This document shows, piece after piece, positions 1-8,657 of a DNA stretch of 38,646 nt (position 1 is the stretch's first letter; each line of letters opens with the position of its first letter). A program made the translations under genes and the position numbers. The notes beneath the pieces are model-generated. The model searched no databases. It saw nothing but the letters and a program-made list of their open reading frames with translations, and was not told the DNA's origin. The DNA comes from Candidatus Rifleibacteriota bacterium. Its GTDB lineage: Bacteria > Muiribacteriota > Ozemobacteria > Ozemobacterales > Ozemobacteraceae. The stretch covers positions 1-38,646 of the forward strand of contig JBNJGH010000024.1 in the NCBI GenBank assembly GCA_051747585.1, given 5' to 3'.

Positions 1-110
1 GTTGCCACGGGCAAAATATCTTGCGGGAAAAGGAGCAAGATATTCGCCCAAAAACGTGGCAATCCCCTCGCGATAAATCGCTCGGCGGCCGCTGAGCCCA
101 GGCGTTATGC
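1..110 (+). mobile_element. Integron attC site, right-hand part (5' part lies outside the window)
   Basis: Imperfect palindrome TTGCCACG-GGC-AAAATATCTTGC...GCAAGATATTCGCCC...CGTGGCAA. It is followed by an attC-like end GCTGAGCCCAGGC-GTTATGC, with core site GTTRRRY = GTTATGC at 104-110. Confidence 0.75.
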
Positions 111-117
111 AGTTAAA

Positions 118-149
118 TTGACGCAATAGTATCAAAATGATATTATAAT
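118..149 (+). promoter_or_regulatory. Sigma70-type promoter of hicAB with overlapping palindromic operator
   Basis: TTGACG (118-123), 17-bp spacer, TATTAT (141-146); TATAAT also at 144-149. Inverted repeat ATAGTATCA-AAA-TGATATTAT at 126-146. ATG at 153 has no SD sequence. Confidence 0.7.
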
Positions 150-152
150 AGT

Positions 153-362
153 ATGCCTCCAAAAATTCGTGAATTAATAAAATTATTAAAAGAAAATTCC
201 TTCGTTGATCGAGGAGGTAAAGGTAGTCATCGAAATTTTTTGCACCCTTCGGGGGCAAAAATTACAATTTCAGGTAACCTTGGTAATGATGCAAAGCCTT
301 ATCAGGAAAAAGAAGTTAAAAAGGTAGTAAAGGAGGTTCAAGAAAATGAAAAAAAAGGATAA
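153..362 (+). CDS. hicA: HicA family toxin (mRNA interferase)
   Basis: 69-aa basic protein with the HicA-type motif ELIKLLKENSF...GKGSHRNFLHP; lies upstream of and overlaps a HicB-type gene. Confidence 0.9.
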   Translation: MPPKIRELIKLLKENSFVDRGGKGSHRNFLHPSGAKITISGNLGNDAKPYQEKEVKKVVKEVQENEKKG

Positions 363-696
363 ATATCTAAAAATAGTTGAATGGTCAGATGAAGATAACT
401 GCTATGTTGGATCTATCCCTGGTTTTTTGGGCCCATGCTGTCATGGAGACAATGAACAAGACGTTTACAAACAGCTTTGCAAAATTCTGGACGAATGGAT
501 TGAGATCCATGAAAATGATCAAATTCCTTTACCTAAAGAGACTGTAAGCAAAGAATACTCCGGCAAATTTGTTCTTAGGGTTAATAAAGAACTTCATAAA
601 TTACTTGCTATAAAGGCTTTACAATCCAATTTGAGTCTAAATCAACTGTGTGAAAATCTTTTGAAAAATTCAATATTAAATAAAAAAAATGCATAA
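346..696 (+). CDS. hicB: HicB family antitoxin (partial RNase H fold plus ribbon-helix-helix)
   Basis: N-terminal VEWSDEDNCYVGSIPG..CCHGD motif and C-terminal YSGKFVLRVNKELHKLLA..LSLNQ RHH motif; overlaps hicA by 17 nt. Confidence 0.9.
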   Translation: MKKKDKYLKIVEWSDEDNCYVGSIPGFLGPCCHGDNEQDVYKQLCKILDEWIEIHENDQIPLPKETVSKEYSGKFVLRVNKELHKLLAIKALQSNLSLNQLCENLLKNSILNKKNA

Positions 697-731
697 CAAG
701 TGCGTAGACGCGGAACGTCGAAGCTGTCACA

Positions 732-834
732 ATAGTTCAGCGTGCTTGTAGCCCGAATCCTTGAAGTGATCTACGAATAGGATTTTCTGGACTTCAGTTA
801 CGGTTATCGTCCGGAAAGAAGCCCGCAGGCTGTA
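732..834 (+). pseudogene. Degenerate fragment of a group II intron reverse transcriptase/maturase
   Basis: Manual translation gives IVQRA /frameshift near 747/ VARILEVIYE*DFLDFSYGYRPERSPQAV. This matches the group II RT motif (D)xIVQxA...ILExIYExDF...SYGFRPxRS, with an in-frame TAG at 778-780. Confidence 0.75.
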
Positions 835-936
835 AAGTTTTGGCCTACGTCAAAAGTTTAAAAAAGACTGGCTTAAAGGGTGTGTCTGGCAATAAATTAT
901 CAAAGTTTGCCGGGTGTATTTCCAAGGTTGGTAACC

Positions 937-2358
937 CTAAGGCTTTTCAGGAGCTAATTTAAAAGACAACAGAAATTTTTCCCCAGGCAATTCTAGCTCG
1001 GATTTTGGCGTGGAATCTATATCCCAACGGCTATAAGTGTGTTTAAGCGAAAGGGAGACATGCGAAAAAGTGCTGCTGGCTTTTTTCAATTCTTTCTGGA
1101 GGGCCTTGGCCTGAGCAGCCTGAGCTGTGGAACCAATTAGAAAGTCTGAGTTGCCCCTTTGTATCTGCAAGCGAAAGACGGGCAGGAGACTGCCTCTTGT
1201 TTGTTCTGTTGAGGATGTTTGATATGCAAAGCGAACACGTCGTAAGAGCTGGGAAATCGTCTTAATGGTGACAACCTGTTTGGGCTGATTGCTTGAAGTC
1301 ATAGGAAATTCAACCTCATACGTCAAATTGGTATCGACAAGCCCTTCACTGCTCGGGAACTTATTCTGAACGGGTAGAACTTTACACAGGGTGAGGAAAA
1401 TGTGGTGATTGGGCGAATTGAAGTTAATCACACGCTCTAATAGTTTGCCGACATGGTCTTTGGGTAGTGAAGCCATAATCGTCATGCGCATGGTAAAACT
1501 GTTTTCGGTTCGAATCAGGGAGGAAAAGCTTAAACGATAGGGAATCCAGTCCTGTTGATCGAAGATGGCTTGTAGCAACGGCACTATCTTCCAGGCAAAG
1601 GAGTTCGTAAGCCTAGTCATTTTATTTTGAGGCTTCGGTGTTTCGAAACTTGTGTAGCATGTTGCTCGAATTTGGTTTGCCGCGCCTGGATGGGGAGGAT
1701 TCAGTTCTGTTAGAAAGAATTCGCCAAACTTTGCCTTCAGGTCGAGAATTTCTTGAAACGAGTCTGCCCAAAAGCTGAGCTGACGGGGGGAATCATAGGC
1801 CGTTATTTCGGCCCAGGCAATACCTGGATGCGAAGCAAGCAAGTCGAGAAGCTTTTTGAGCTCAGCAACGCTTCCAGGGGCCAGAACAGTATTGCCTTGT
1901 TTGCCATACTGAATTCGAATGTTCAATTCTGTGGTTACGGTTGAGAAGGCTTCCGGGCGGTTTCCTGGTGACAGTCGCTTTCGTTTTAGAACCATGGAAG
2001 CTCTCGTCTCAACACCCTTCTTAGAATGGGTTTCAAGGGAGCGTAATGCCTTCAGAGTTGCTTCGAGAGACCCGACTGTTATAATGCGGGCTTTAGAATA
2101 AGGGCCATTGGTCCCAGAGAGATTCACCTTCACATCCTTAAGCTTAGCGGGTAAATGATGCGCGTCAAAAGATCTTTGTATCTCAAAGAAAACCTGCATG
2201 ACCTCTTGATCACTCAAATTGGAAGAGCATCCTGTAACACTCAAGGTAAGCAGAGTAATGCCGAAAGCAAGTGCAATAAGACGCCTAAGAGGCTTAATGC
2301 GAAGCTTCTTGATGTCATTATCAATATTATATGGCCTCATGTGCGAATTAATCTCCAA
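937..2358 (-). CDS. Hypothetical lipoprotein, possibly with repeated PilN/PilO (GspL/M)-like domains
   Basis: 473-aa ORF with a basic/hydrophobic signal ending in lipobox-like VTG-C. It lies 25 bp downstream of the pilin genes on the same strand. The start may be the ATG at 2340. Confidence 0.6.
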   Translation of the reverse strand: MEINSHMRPYNIDNDIKKLRIKPLRRLIALAFGITLLTLSVTGCSSNLSDQEVMQVFFEIQRSFDAHHLPAKLKDVKVNLSGTNGPYSKARIITVGSLEATLKALRSLETHSKKGVETRASMVLKRKRLSPGNRPEAFSTVTTELNIRIQYGKQGNTVLAPGSVAELKKLLDLLASHPGIAWAEITAYDSPRQLSFWADSFQEILDLKAKFGEFFLTELNPPHPGAANQIRATCYTSFETPKPQNKMTRLTNSFAWKIVPLLQAIFDQQDWIPYRLSFSSLIRTENSFTMRMTIMASLPKDHVGKLLERVINFNSPNHHIFLTLCKVLPVQNKFPSSEGLVDTNLTYEVEFPMTSSNQPKQVVTIKTISQLLRRVRFAYQTSSTEQTRGSLLPVFRLQIQRGNSDFLIGSTAQAAQAKALQKELKKASSTFSHVSLSLKHTYSRWDIDSTPKSELELPGEKFLLSFKLAPEKP

Positions 2359-2383
2359 TTCTGCGCCGAAATTTTGGCACGGG

Positions 2384-2947
2384 TTAAAAAATGGAAGGAG
2401 CGAGAAAAAAACTCATTTTTAAAAGCTTATGCTGTTCATTGGATTTTTGAGTTTTCGGTTGTAATTCTATATCTGTAAATAGCAGATCATAGTATTTTTG
2501 ACCTGTTTGTTTGCCCGAAAACAAGGCGACAAAATTTGCTTTTTTTATTCGGTTCGGACCAAGTAATTTTTTCCTGGAACTTTCTCTTACCAGGGCATTT
2601 TTTTCTTTATAATATTTTACTTTATTCCCGTCGGATAAAGTAATTATAAGGCGACGGTTTTTGGTTTCCGGTATGGGCATACTCCCATCAAAGGTTTTAT
2701 CAGAAATTGAAGGAATAGCATTATTAGCAGAATTCCGGATTTCGAAATTTTTAGATTTAAGCATGTCTTCCTGTAACAAACTGTAAATCTCGTTTAAAAC
2801 AGCAGACGAGTCCAGCATTGAAGTTCCTTTGGTGCTTTGCCTTGTATAGCTTGATAGAAGTGAATAGACCGTCATCACAATTAGCGAAAAGAGAGTAACA
2901 GCAATTATTATTTCAACAAAAGTAAAGCCTGTTTTATTATTTGTCAT
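2384..2947 (-). CDS. Prepilin-type N-terminal cleavage/methylation domain protein (PilW/PulJ-like minor pilin)
   Basis: Class III signal peptide MTNNKTG|FTFVEIIIAVTLFSLIVMTVY. Confidence 0.85.
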   Translation of the reverse strand: MTNNKTGFTFVEIIIAVTLFSLIVMTVYSLLSSYTRQSTKGTSMLDSSAVLNEIYSLLQEDMLKSKNFEIRNSANNAIPSISDKTFDGSMPIPETKNRRLIITLSDGNKVKYYKEKNALVRESSRKKLLGPNRIKKANFVALFSGKQTGQKYYDLLFTDIELQPKTQKSNEQHKLLKMSFFLAPSIF

Positions 2948-3471
2948 GGTTTTACTCCGACAAACAAATAGCTTTCTCGTTCGACTTCTTTATCTGCGGT
3001 TTCGTTCCACGCAACCTTTATGGTTATTTTATACCAGTCCTGGGATAGATCGCTGCTTTTGTTGTCTAAGACTTTAGTTACAAGCAGAGTGCGCCGAAAA
3101 AAGCCTTCTGGTAGAGGTGAAATTGAAAGCCCTGCTTCATTACTGCCTGACAAGCAAAGCTTTTGTGGATATTTGAGTCCAGTATCACTCAATTGTCCAT
3201 TTAAAGCTTCAAGAGTTTTTTTCAGGTCGCGCGGCGAAGGAATTATGGCTTCATATCCTGGAGATTGGCTAATATTTAACAGTTGTTGACATAGTTCATT
3301 TATCAAAACTTGTGACTGAAAATGATTTACTCCTCTTTGTATCTTGTTGGAGGTGACATTAAGAGCGCTGGAAAGAGGCAAAATTGCAATGAGGATAACG
3401 CAGGAAGCTACCAGGATTTCGACCAACGTAACCCCGGATTCTTTAGTTTGCACCTTTGATTTCAAATCCAC
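2944..3471 (-). CDS. Prepilin-type minor pilin (PilV/PulI-like)
   Basis: KESG|VTLVEILVASCVILIAILPL class III signal; C-terminal YKITIKVAW strand typical of PilV/GspI-like pilins; 4-nt overlap with the next gene. Confidence 0.8.
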   Translation of the reverse strand: MDLKSKVQTKESGVTLVEILVASCVILIAILPLSSALNVTSNKIQRGVNHFQSQVLINELCQQLLNISQSPGYEAIIPSPRDLKKTLEALNGQLSDTGLKYPQKLCLSGSNEAGLSISPLPEGFFRRTLLVTKVLDNKSSDLSQDWYKITIKVAWNETADKEVERESYLFVGVKP

Positions 3472-5917
3472 TCTCCCCCTCCATCATAATCCTGAAACCA
3501 TATCTCTGGTTGTTTTTAACTCTCTGGACAGGATTAAAAATGGGGTTATATCTGATAATTCCGCCATCTTTCTTATAATCTTTAAATAAACCATCAATAG
3601 AGGCAATTGCGAGTCCACCATCTAAATAAAGACCGTTTCCGGCTTCCTTTTTAATTGTTCCAGAATTTTGCTTTGATAAAGATACCAGATAAGCATTTAG
3701 CGGATAGGCTGCTTTGGAGTTACTATAACTGTTGACCTTGATTATTGAATCTAAACAAATAATCGAAAAAGCATGATCTGCCTGGTTCAGATTTGTTTTT
3801 GACTCAGAAAGAGGAGTGATTCCCTTGAGTGAGAGTTCAGCATTTTCAACAATCAGGATTCCACCGCAACCGGTAATAATATTTGATTCAAAATCTAAAT
3901 ATTCAAGGGTTGGAGTTCCTCCAACCTTAATGCGAAAAATACCAGGAGAATGGAATTCAAGATTGTTGTTTTTTTCTACAAATACCCCTTCTTCAATCAA
4001 TATTTCCTGATATTTTTTTTGTATCTGTGAAGCATTAACTCCTGCCGCAAGCAAACTTTTTTTCGCCGGTAGCCTTATAGTTTTTGTAACTCTTTGGAGT
4101 AAAGCGTCGCGAAATTTTATGTTATCAAAATTACATTTTTTCAAGGAAGCTTCAAAAAAAACTTCTTCGGATTTGTCTCCAATTTGAGGATTTGTTGCAC
4201 TGTACAACCATACAGGCAGAGCTTCAGCAGATTGAAAATAGGCATAACTGCTTGGTTGAGCCTCAGGCGGTGCCCATATCGAGTTGCCGGGTATCGCTGA
4301 CCGATCATTTACTGAGCGAAGAGAATCAGTCGCATCACTTTGAAGTTTAAAAAAATCAAGGTTCTGATATTTGCCATGAACGACTTCAAACAAAAAGTTG
4401 AAGGGTATGTATGGAAAAGGTTGGGCTGGATAATTAGCGAAACTCCACATTAGAGCCTTTATTCCGGTTTGATCATTTTCATCGATTACATCGCCCATAG
4501 TGAGCATTGTCCCGTTAGTGATGCCAAGACTGTTGTTGAATTTGGTCAGTGGGGTTTGCGACACAAAATAAGCAAGATCATTCTTGCCTTTATTCATGTC
4601 TCCTGTAAAAGATCTGGTCATTAACGCGAAGTTGTTATTTCTAATGTATTTTTTTACATCGTAGCTATTAAAATAAAACCTGGTATCAAAATTCTGACCC
4701 GGTTTCGATATAACCACTGACGATAGATAACCGGCTAGAACAGGGCCGACTATAAGTGTAGGTGATGGAAAATGCTGGGTTCCAAAGGGAAGAAGCCAAC
4801 TGGAAAGACATTTGTCGGCTCCAAGTTTTTTAGCTTCGCCAGAAAAATAATCAGGTTCACCCCAACAGCCGTATCCGTTTGCCCCCCAGAATATCCCAAA
4901 GGTTTTTATAATTGGCTGTAGGCCATTGCGCAAGTTGAGGTTTTTGAGACGATAACTTGCAGCATCATTGCTGGAGGCAGCCGGTTTGGCCAGATAGAAG
5001 CCCGCCCCGATACCAGATTTAATTTTATCTGGGTATTCCTGAAATGGGTCTGGTGAATTAACTGTTATTCCTGAATGATAGCCGGCGGGAATATTTAATA
5101 CGTGTGTGTCTTTGCTTTGGTTTGGATCATTGCCAAGATAAAGCCAACCACTTTTTTTTAAAATTTCTGCAGAATTCTTATTTATTGATGTTTCGGTATC
5201 TGGATTATTTATCAGAATCAACCGTTTATAGTCATTTAAGTATTTTCCATTTATATTTGATTTGACCACGTTAAAATAAGGGTTGGAACCTTTCCAAGAT
5301 GAGTTTCTTTGCGAACTCGAATGTACAAATAGATTAAACCTGCTATAAGGCCCCGGAATAAAACTGAATAGTTTAAAATCTCTGGTTATCTCAGCTTTTC
5401 TTTTGATTATTCCACCTATGGCAACAACGCATGTTAGCTTAATCTTGCCTTTTTTTTCATGATAGTCACGCCCTGTCTTTAGAGAGGGGAGCGCTCCTGT
5501 GCGGCTCATAAAGCTGACTTTTGAAATTTCTGCAGAAATTTCCTCACAGGCAATTCCCGGAAAAACATCAATACTGTCAACACATGAGTTTTGAAATACT
5601 TCTGTAATTCTTTTAAAAAATTTGCCGTTTTTTGCAATCAAGTATTTTTTTGAAGGGTTTTTGCTGGAAAGCAGTGCCTGTACAGTCTTATCTTCAAAGA
5701 ATAAGGATCTAAAAGCTTTTTCGTTATGAATTGCCGACAAAGAAAATTTAATTCCTGCAACTGCAACATTGTCTGCAATTCTGGTTAGTTCTTCGTGGTG
5801 CCCCTTAATTAGTTGATATCTGGCGTATTTATGAAAAGAAAAAACAATTATTACTAAAATAATGAGAGTTACAAAAACTATGAAAAGAGCCATTCCTTTT
5901 TTAGACTGATTTTTCAT
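3443..5917 (-). CDS. Large PilX/GspK-like pilin-related protein (824 aa)
   Basis: N-terminus KKG|MALFIVFVTLIILVIIVFSF is a class III signal lacking Glu5, as in PilX/GspK. It is the first gene of an overlapping three-pilin operon. Confidence 0.7.
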   Translation of the reverse strand: MKNQSKKGMALFIVFVTLIILVIIVFSFHKYARYQLIKGHHEELTRIADNVAVAGIKFSLSAIHNEKAFRSLFFEDKTVQALLSSKNPSKKYLIAKNGKFFKRITEVFQNSCVDSIDVFPGIACEEISAEISKVSFMSRTGALPSLKTGRDYHEKKGKIKLTCVVAIGGIIKRKAEITRDFKLFSFIPGPYSRFNLFVHSSSQRNSSWKGSNPYFNVVKSNINGKYLNDYKRLILINNPDTETSINKNSAEILKKSGWLYLGNDPNQSKDTHVLNIPAGYHSGITVNSPDPFQEYPDKIKSGIGAGFYLAKPAASSNDAASYRLKNLNLRNGLQPIIKTFGIFWGANGYGCWGEPDYFSGEAKKLGADKCLSSWLLPFGTQHFPSPTLIVGPVLAGYLSSVVISKPGQNFDTRFYFNSYDVKKYIRNNNFALMTRSFTGDMNKGKNDLAYFVSQTPLTKFNNSLGITNGTMLTMGDVIDENDQTGIKALMWSFANYPAQPFPYIPFNFLFEVVHGKYQNLDFFKLQSDATDSLRSVNDRSAIPGNSIWAPPEAQPSSYAYFQSAEALPVWLYSATNPQIGDKSEEVFFEASLKKCNFDNIKFRDALLQRVTKTIRLPAKKSLLAAGVNASQIQKKYQEILIEEGVFVEKNNNLEFHSPGIFRIKVGGTPTLEYLDFESNIITGCGGILIVENAELSLKGITPLSESKTNLNQADHAFSIICLDSIIKVNSYSNSKAAYPLNAYLVSLSKQNSGTIKKEAGNGLYLDGGLAIASIDGLFKDYKKDGGIIRYNPIFNPVQRVKNNQRYGFRIMMEGESGFEIKGAN

Positions 5918-5936
5918 ATAGTATAATTATACTATA
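5917..5936. promoter_or_regulatory. Perfect 20-bp palindrome with TATAAT on both strands (putative bidirectional promoter or operator)
   Basis: TATAGTATAATTATACTATA between divergent genes; TATAAT at 5922-5927 (+) and 5931-5926 (-). Confidence 0.6.
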
Positions 5937-5979
5937 AAAATTTGAATATGATACAATTAGATTAGAGTTGAGGTGTTTT

Positions 5980-6441
5980 ATGAGGATTATATTTGCTCTA
6001 ATTTTTTTTATGGTTTTATTGTCCTATGTTGGCATCCAGGCTCAGCCTCCTGATTTATCAATTCTGGGTAGTGAAGATCATGTCCCTGACGAAACGCAAA
6101 AAGGGTATGAGGGATATTCTACTCAGTACAAGCTGACTTCTGATGGAAAAATTTCAATCAGCATTTCTCAGCCGACAAACGAAGAAGAAACGCCTCCTTT
6201 ACCTGCTGCGGCTCCCCAGGTTACCGAGCCAACCCCTGCGGAGCCTGTTGAGACAAGATCAGAAGAAGACCCGGTTATTGGCTGGGAATTTCATTATGGA
6301 ACTCCTTCTGGTGAGCAAATTATTTATCGTTCAAAAGAAGAATTTGGCGCAGATTATAATAATAAAGACGCAGTTCCAATACCCGATGATTGGACTTATT
6401 GGAATTCAAACCCTGTCAGGGAGAGCGGCGCCAGAGAATAA
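5980..6441 (+). CDS. Secreted hypothetical protein with Pro/Glu-rich linker
   Basis: Signal peptide MRIIFALIFFMVLLSYVGIQA. GAGGTG SD precedes the ATG at 5980 (the ORF track starts at TTG 5968). Confidence 0.7.
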   Translation: MRIIFALIFFMVLLSYVGIQAQPPDLSILGSEDHVPDETQKGYEGYSTQYKLTSDGKISISISQPTNEEETPPLPAAAPQVTEPTPAEPVETRSEEDPVIGWEFHYGTPSGEQIIYRSKEEFGADYNNKDAVPIPDDWTYWNSNPVRESGARE

Positions 6442-6510
6442 GCCGTATTTAAATTTCTTAAATTAAATTTTATTGCTGGATTGTAATACGAAATTTTGAG
6501 GAGATGTGCT

Positions 6511-8643
6511 ATGAAAAAACTGTTCCTTGCAATCATGGTTCTTATAGGATGTTTGTTTTTGCCATGTAGGACTTATGGAGCAGCAAATGTTAGTCTGCAT
6601 CGCAATTTTGATTCTGTAAATGAAATCCCTATCGGCGCTGACGTTTGCCCTTTTTGTGGGTCAGGTACCGATGAAGGAATTGATAATTCTGGGAAATCGC
6701 TTCCAGACAGCAAAAAGGCCGGACTGGTATTGTTTTTTGAAGCTAGAAAAGAAATTATGGCCCGGTATCGCCAGGAATTGGCAAAAATTAAAGCTGGAAC
6801 AGGCTCAGATGAATATACCGATGAAGAAATTGCCAGCGATGAAGTTGAAGATGATCTTGATGACGCAGATGTCAGCTATGAAACTGACGAAGACTCTGAT
6901 GCTGATAGTTCTTCAAAAGGAAAAGGACTTCTTAAAAGCTTTATAGAAAAAGCGATATTAAAAAAGGCTGCTTTTGAAGAAGGGCTTTCAAAACTTGAAA
7001 AAATTAGACAGCTTAGAATTGAACGTAATAAACGTATTGCAGAAGCAAGAAAAAAATACATTTTAAATCCGGTTGCTTCATTTTTAAAGGGGGATGGAAA
7101 TTCTTTCAGAGGCGAAGCCACACCTGGCGAAATCGTCGCGGTTAAGCGCATTATGGCAGTTAAAAAGCTGCTAAAAACTGGCGAATGGCCCTATCAGTGT
7201 AAATGCGGCATAGCTCTTACCGAAGAGCAGCAGGATAATATTAGCGAACCCGAGGACATTGCCACGCCCGAAGGAATGGTTCTTGAAACCAAGCCGATAG
7301 TTGAAGGCCAGACAATTGGTGACAGTGAAGAACTTGATGCTATCTATGAAGAAAAAGAAATAGGTCAGACTGGTTCGCAATTTGAGCAAGATACGGGAGA
7401 CACCGGTGGAAGTTCGGTCTTTGGCGATGCTGGTGATATTGATACTGGTTCCGGTGCTGGCCAGTCTGACGCTGGCGTTATTTCAGATTCAACTGGTGAT
7501 GCAACCGAAATTGGAGAATTCACTGACAGCGTTATTGCCCGATGCGTTTATATTTCTCAGAGGTCTGGTTGGAGATGCAATGCACATTATCGTGGTTGTG
7601 GCTGGACTTCTTTGGCTATGATATTAAGAACTCTTGGCGTCAATGTTGATCCCGATGTGCTTTTTGCCCAGACTGAAATGTACAATTCGGAAGTTGCTAA
7701 AACCGGAATAGGTTACCAGGAAGTCGAAAGACTGGCCCATAAGTATTTGCCTTCTGCAACTTTTTCAACAAAAGGCAAAATAAATGATTTGATGGAAATG
7801 ATTAATCTGGGTCGTCCGGCAATTGTTTCGACCACCGAATACGGCGGACACTTCATGGTAGTTATTGGCTATGGCGACAAAGACGGGCAATCGTGCATTA
7901 TTGCCCACGACCCGGAGAAAAAAGCCAACAGAGTTTATCCTCTGGATGAGTTTACGAAAATCTGGGATAAAATATACATGAACTTTAATGAAACAACGCC
8001 TGACCCCAGTGGTCCCGCTTTGCCCGATGATGCTAATACAGTTGTTTCTAATTCTGGGTCTGGGTCATCAGGTGGTAGTTCCTCGGATGGCGATGAAGGC
8101 GAAGAAGACGGCAGCAGCACTGGCGAAGCTAATCAGCCTGAAATCAGCGAAAATTCTGTTGTTTTAGAAGTGCCTAAACTCAATCAAAGAAAAAATGCAC
8201 CACCTCTTGCAGCAAATGTTGCTGGAATGAGTTGTGGTCCGACTTCTACTCTGATGATTCTTAATTACTTTGGAATTAACCCGGGAATTGAAGCCGTGGT
8301 CGACAAAGCAGAGTGTACATCTGGTGGAAGCATGTTTTATAAAAATGTCGAAGCGGCGCAAGGTTATGGCTTGAAGTCAGAAAATGTAGGCATAGGTTAC
8401 GGGGCTTTTCAAAAAGCTCTTGAAGCTAATAAGCCTGTTTTTGTTCGAACCCTGGATTGGGAAGGACATTTCGTTGTTGTTACCGGCATTAAAAACGGTA
8501 AAGTAATTGTTAACGACCCGTATCCTCGGAATTATGGCGCTCATGGCTATAATGACCTTGGCAGCAACCTTTATCGTGAATATGATGCAGATGAATTTTT
8601 CAGCTCAGGCTTTGTAACAAACGCCTGTTCAATCTATAACTGA
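6511..8643 (+). CDS. Secreted protein with two C39-like (papain-fold) cysteine peptidase domains
   Basis: Signal peptide; GAGGAG SD before ATG 6511. Domain 1: Q..GCGWTSLAM...GHFMVVIGY...IAHDP. Domain 2: Q..SCGPTSTLM...GHFVVVTG...IVNDP. Confidence 0.8.
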   Translation: MKKLFLAIMVLIGCLFLPCRTYGAANVSLHRNFDSVNEIPIGADVCPFCGSGTDEGIDNSGKSLPDSKKAGLVLFFEARKEIMARYRQELAKIKAGTGSDEYTDEEIASDEVEDDLDDADVSYETDEDSDADSSSKGKGLLKSFIEKAILKKAAFEEGLSKLEKIRQLRIERNKRIAEARKKYILNPVASFLKGDGNSFRGEATPGEIVAVKRIMAVKKLLKTGEWPYQCKCGIALTEEQQDNISEPEDIATPEGMVLETKPIVEGQTIGDSEELDAIYEEKEIGQTGSQFEQDTGDTGGSSVFGDAGDIDTGSGAGQSDAGVISDSTGDATEIGEFTDSVIARCVYISQRSGWRCNAHYRGCGWTSLAMILRTLGVNVDPDVLFAQTEMYNSEVAKTGIGYQEVERLAHKYLPSATFSTKGKINDLMEMINLGRPAIVSTTEYGGHFMVVIGYGDKDGQSCIIAHDPEKKANRVYPLDEFTKIWDKIYMNFNETTPDPSGPALPDDANTVVSNSGSGSSGGSSSDGDEGEEDGSSTGEANQPEISENSVVLEVPKLNQRKNAPPLAANVAGMSCGPTSTLMILNYFGINPGIEAVVDKAECTSGGSMFYKNVEAAQGYGLKSENVGIGYGAFQKALEANKPVFVRTLDWEGHFVVVTGIKNGKVIVNDPYPRNYGAHGYNDLGSNLYREYDADEFFSSGFVTNACSIYN

Positions 8644-8657
8644 GATGGGATTATAAT

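Larger units (their letters stand above)
104..730 (+). mobile_element. Integron gene cassette carrying hicAB; downstream attC truncated
   Basis: Begins at core site GTTATGC (104-110). The hicB stop codon lies inside the exactly complementary inverse core site GCATAAC (691-697), followed by the attC-like left arm AAGTGCGTAGACGCGGA. Confidence 0.75.

Noticed and set aside
700..840. Intact group II (IIC-attC) intron
   Set aside because: Only about 100 bp of frameshifted RT sequence is present, no domain V/VI was recognisable, and the orientation is opposite to that expected for IIC-attC introns.
876..915. Possible IS5-like terminal repeat (GGGTGTGTCTG...)
   Set aside because: No matching second end, target duplication or transposase found; resemblance only.
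1..936. Complete integron with intI/attI
   Set aside because: No tyrosine recombinase ORF in the window; only a cassette and attC parts are visible.
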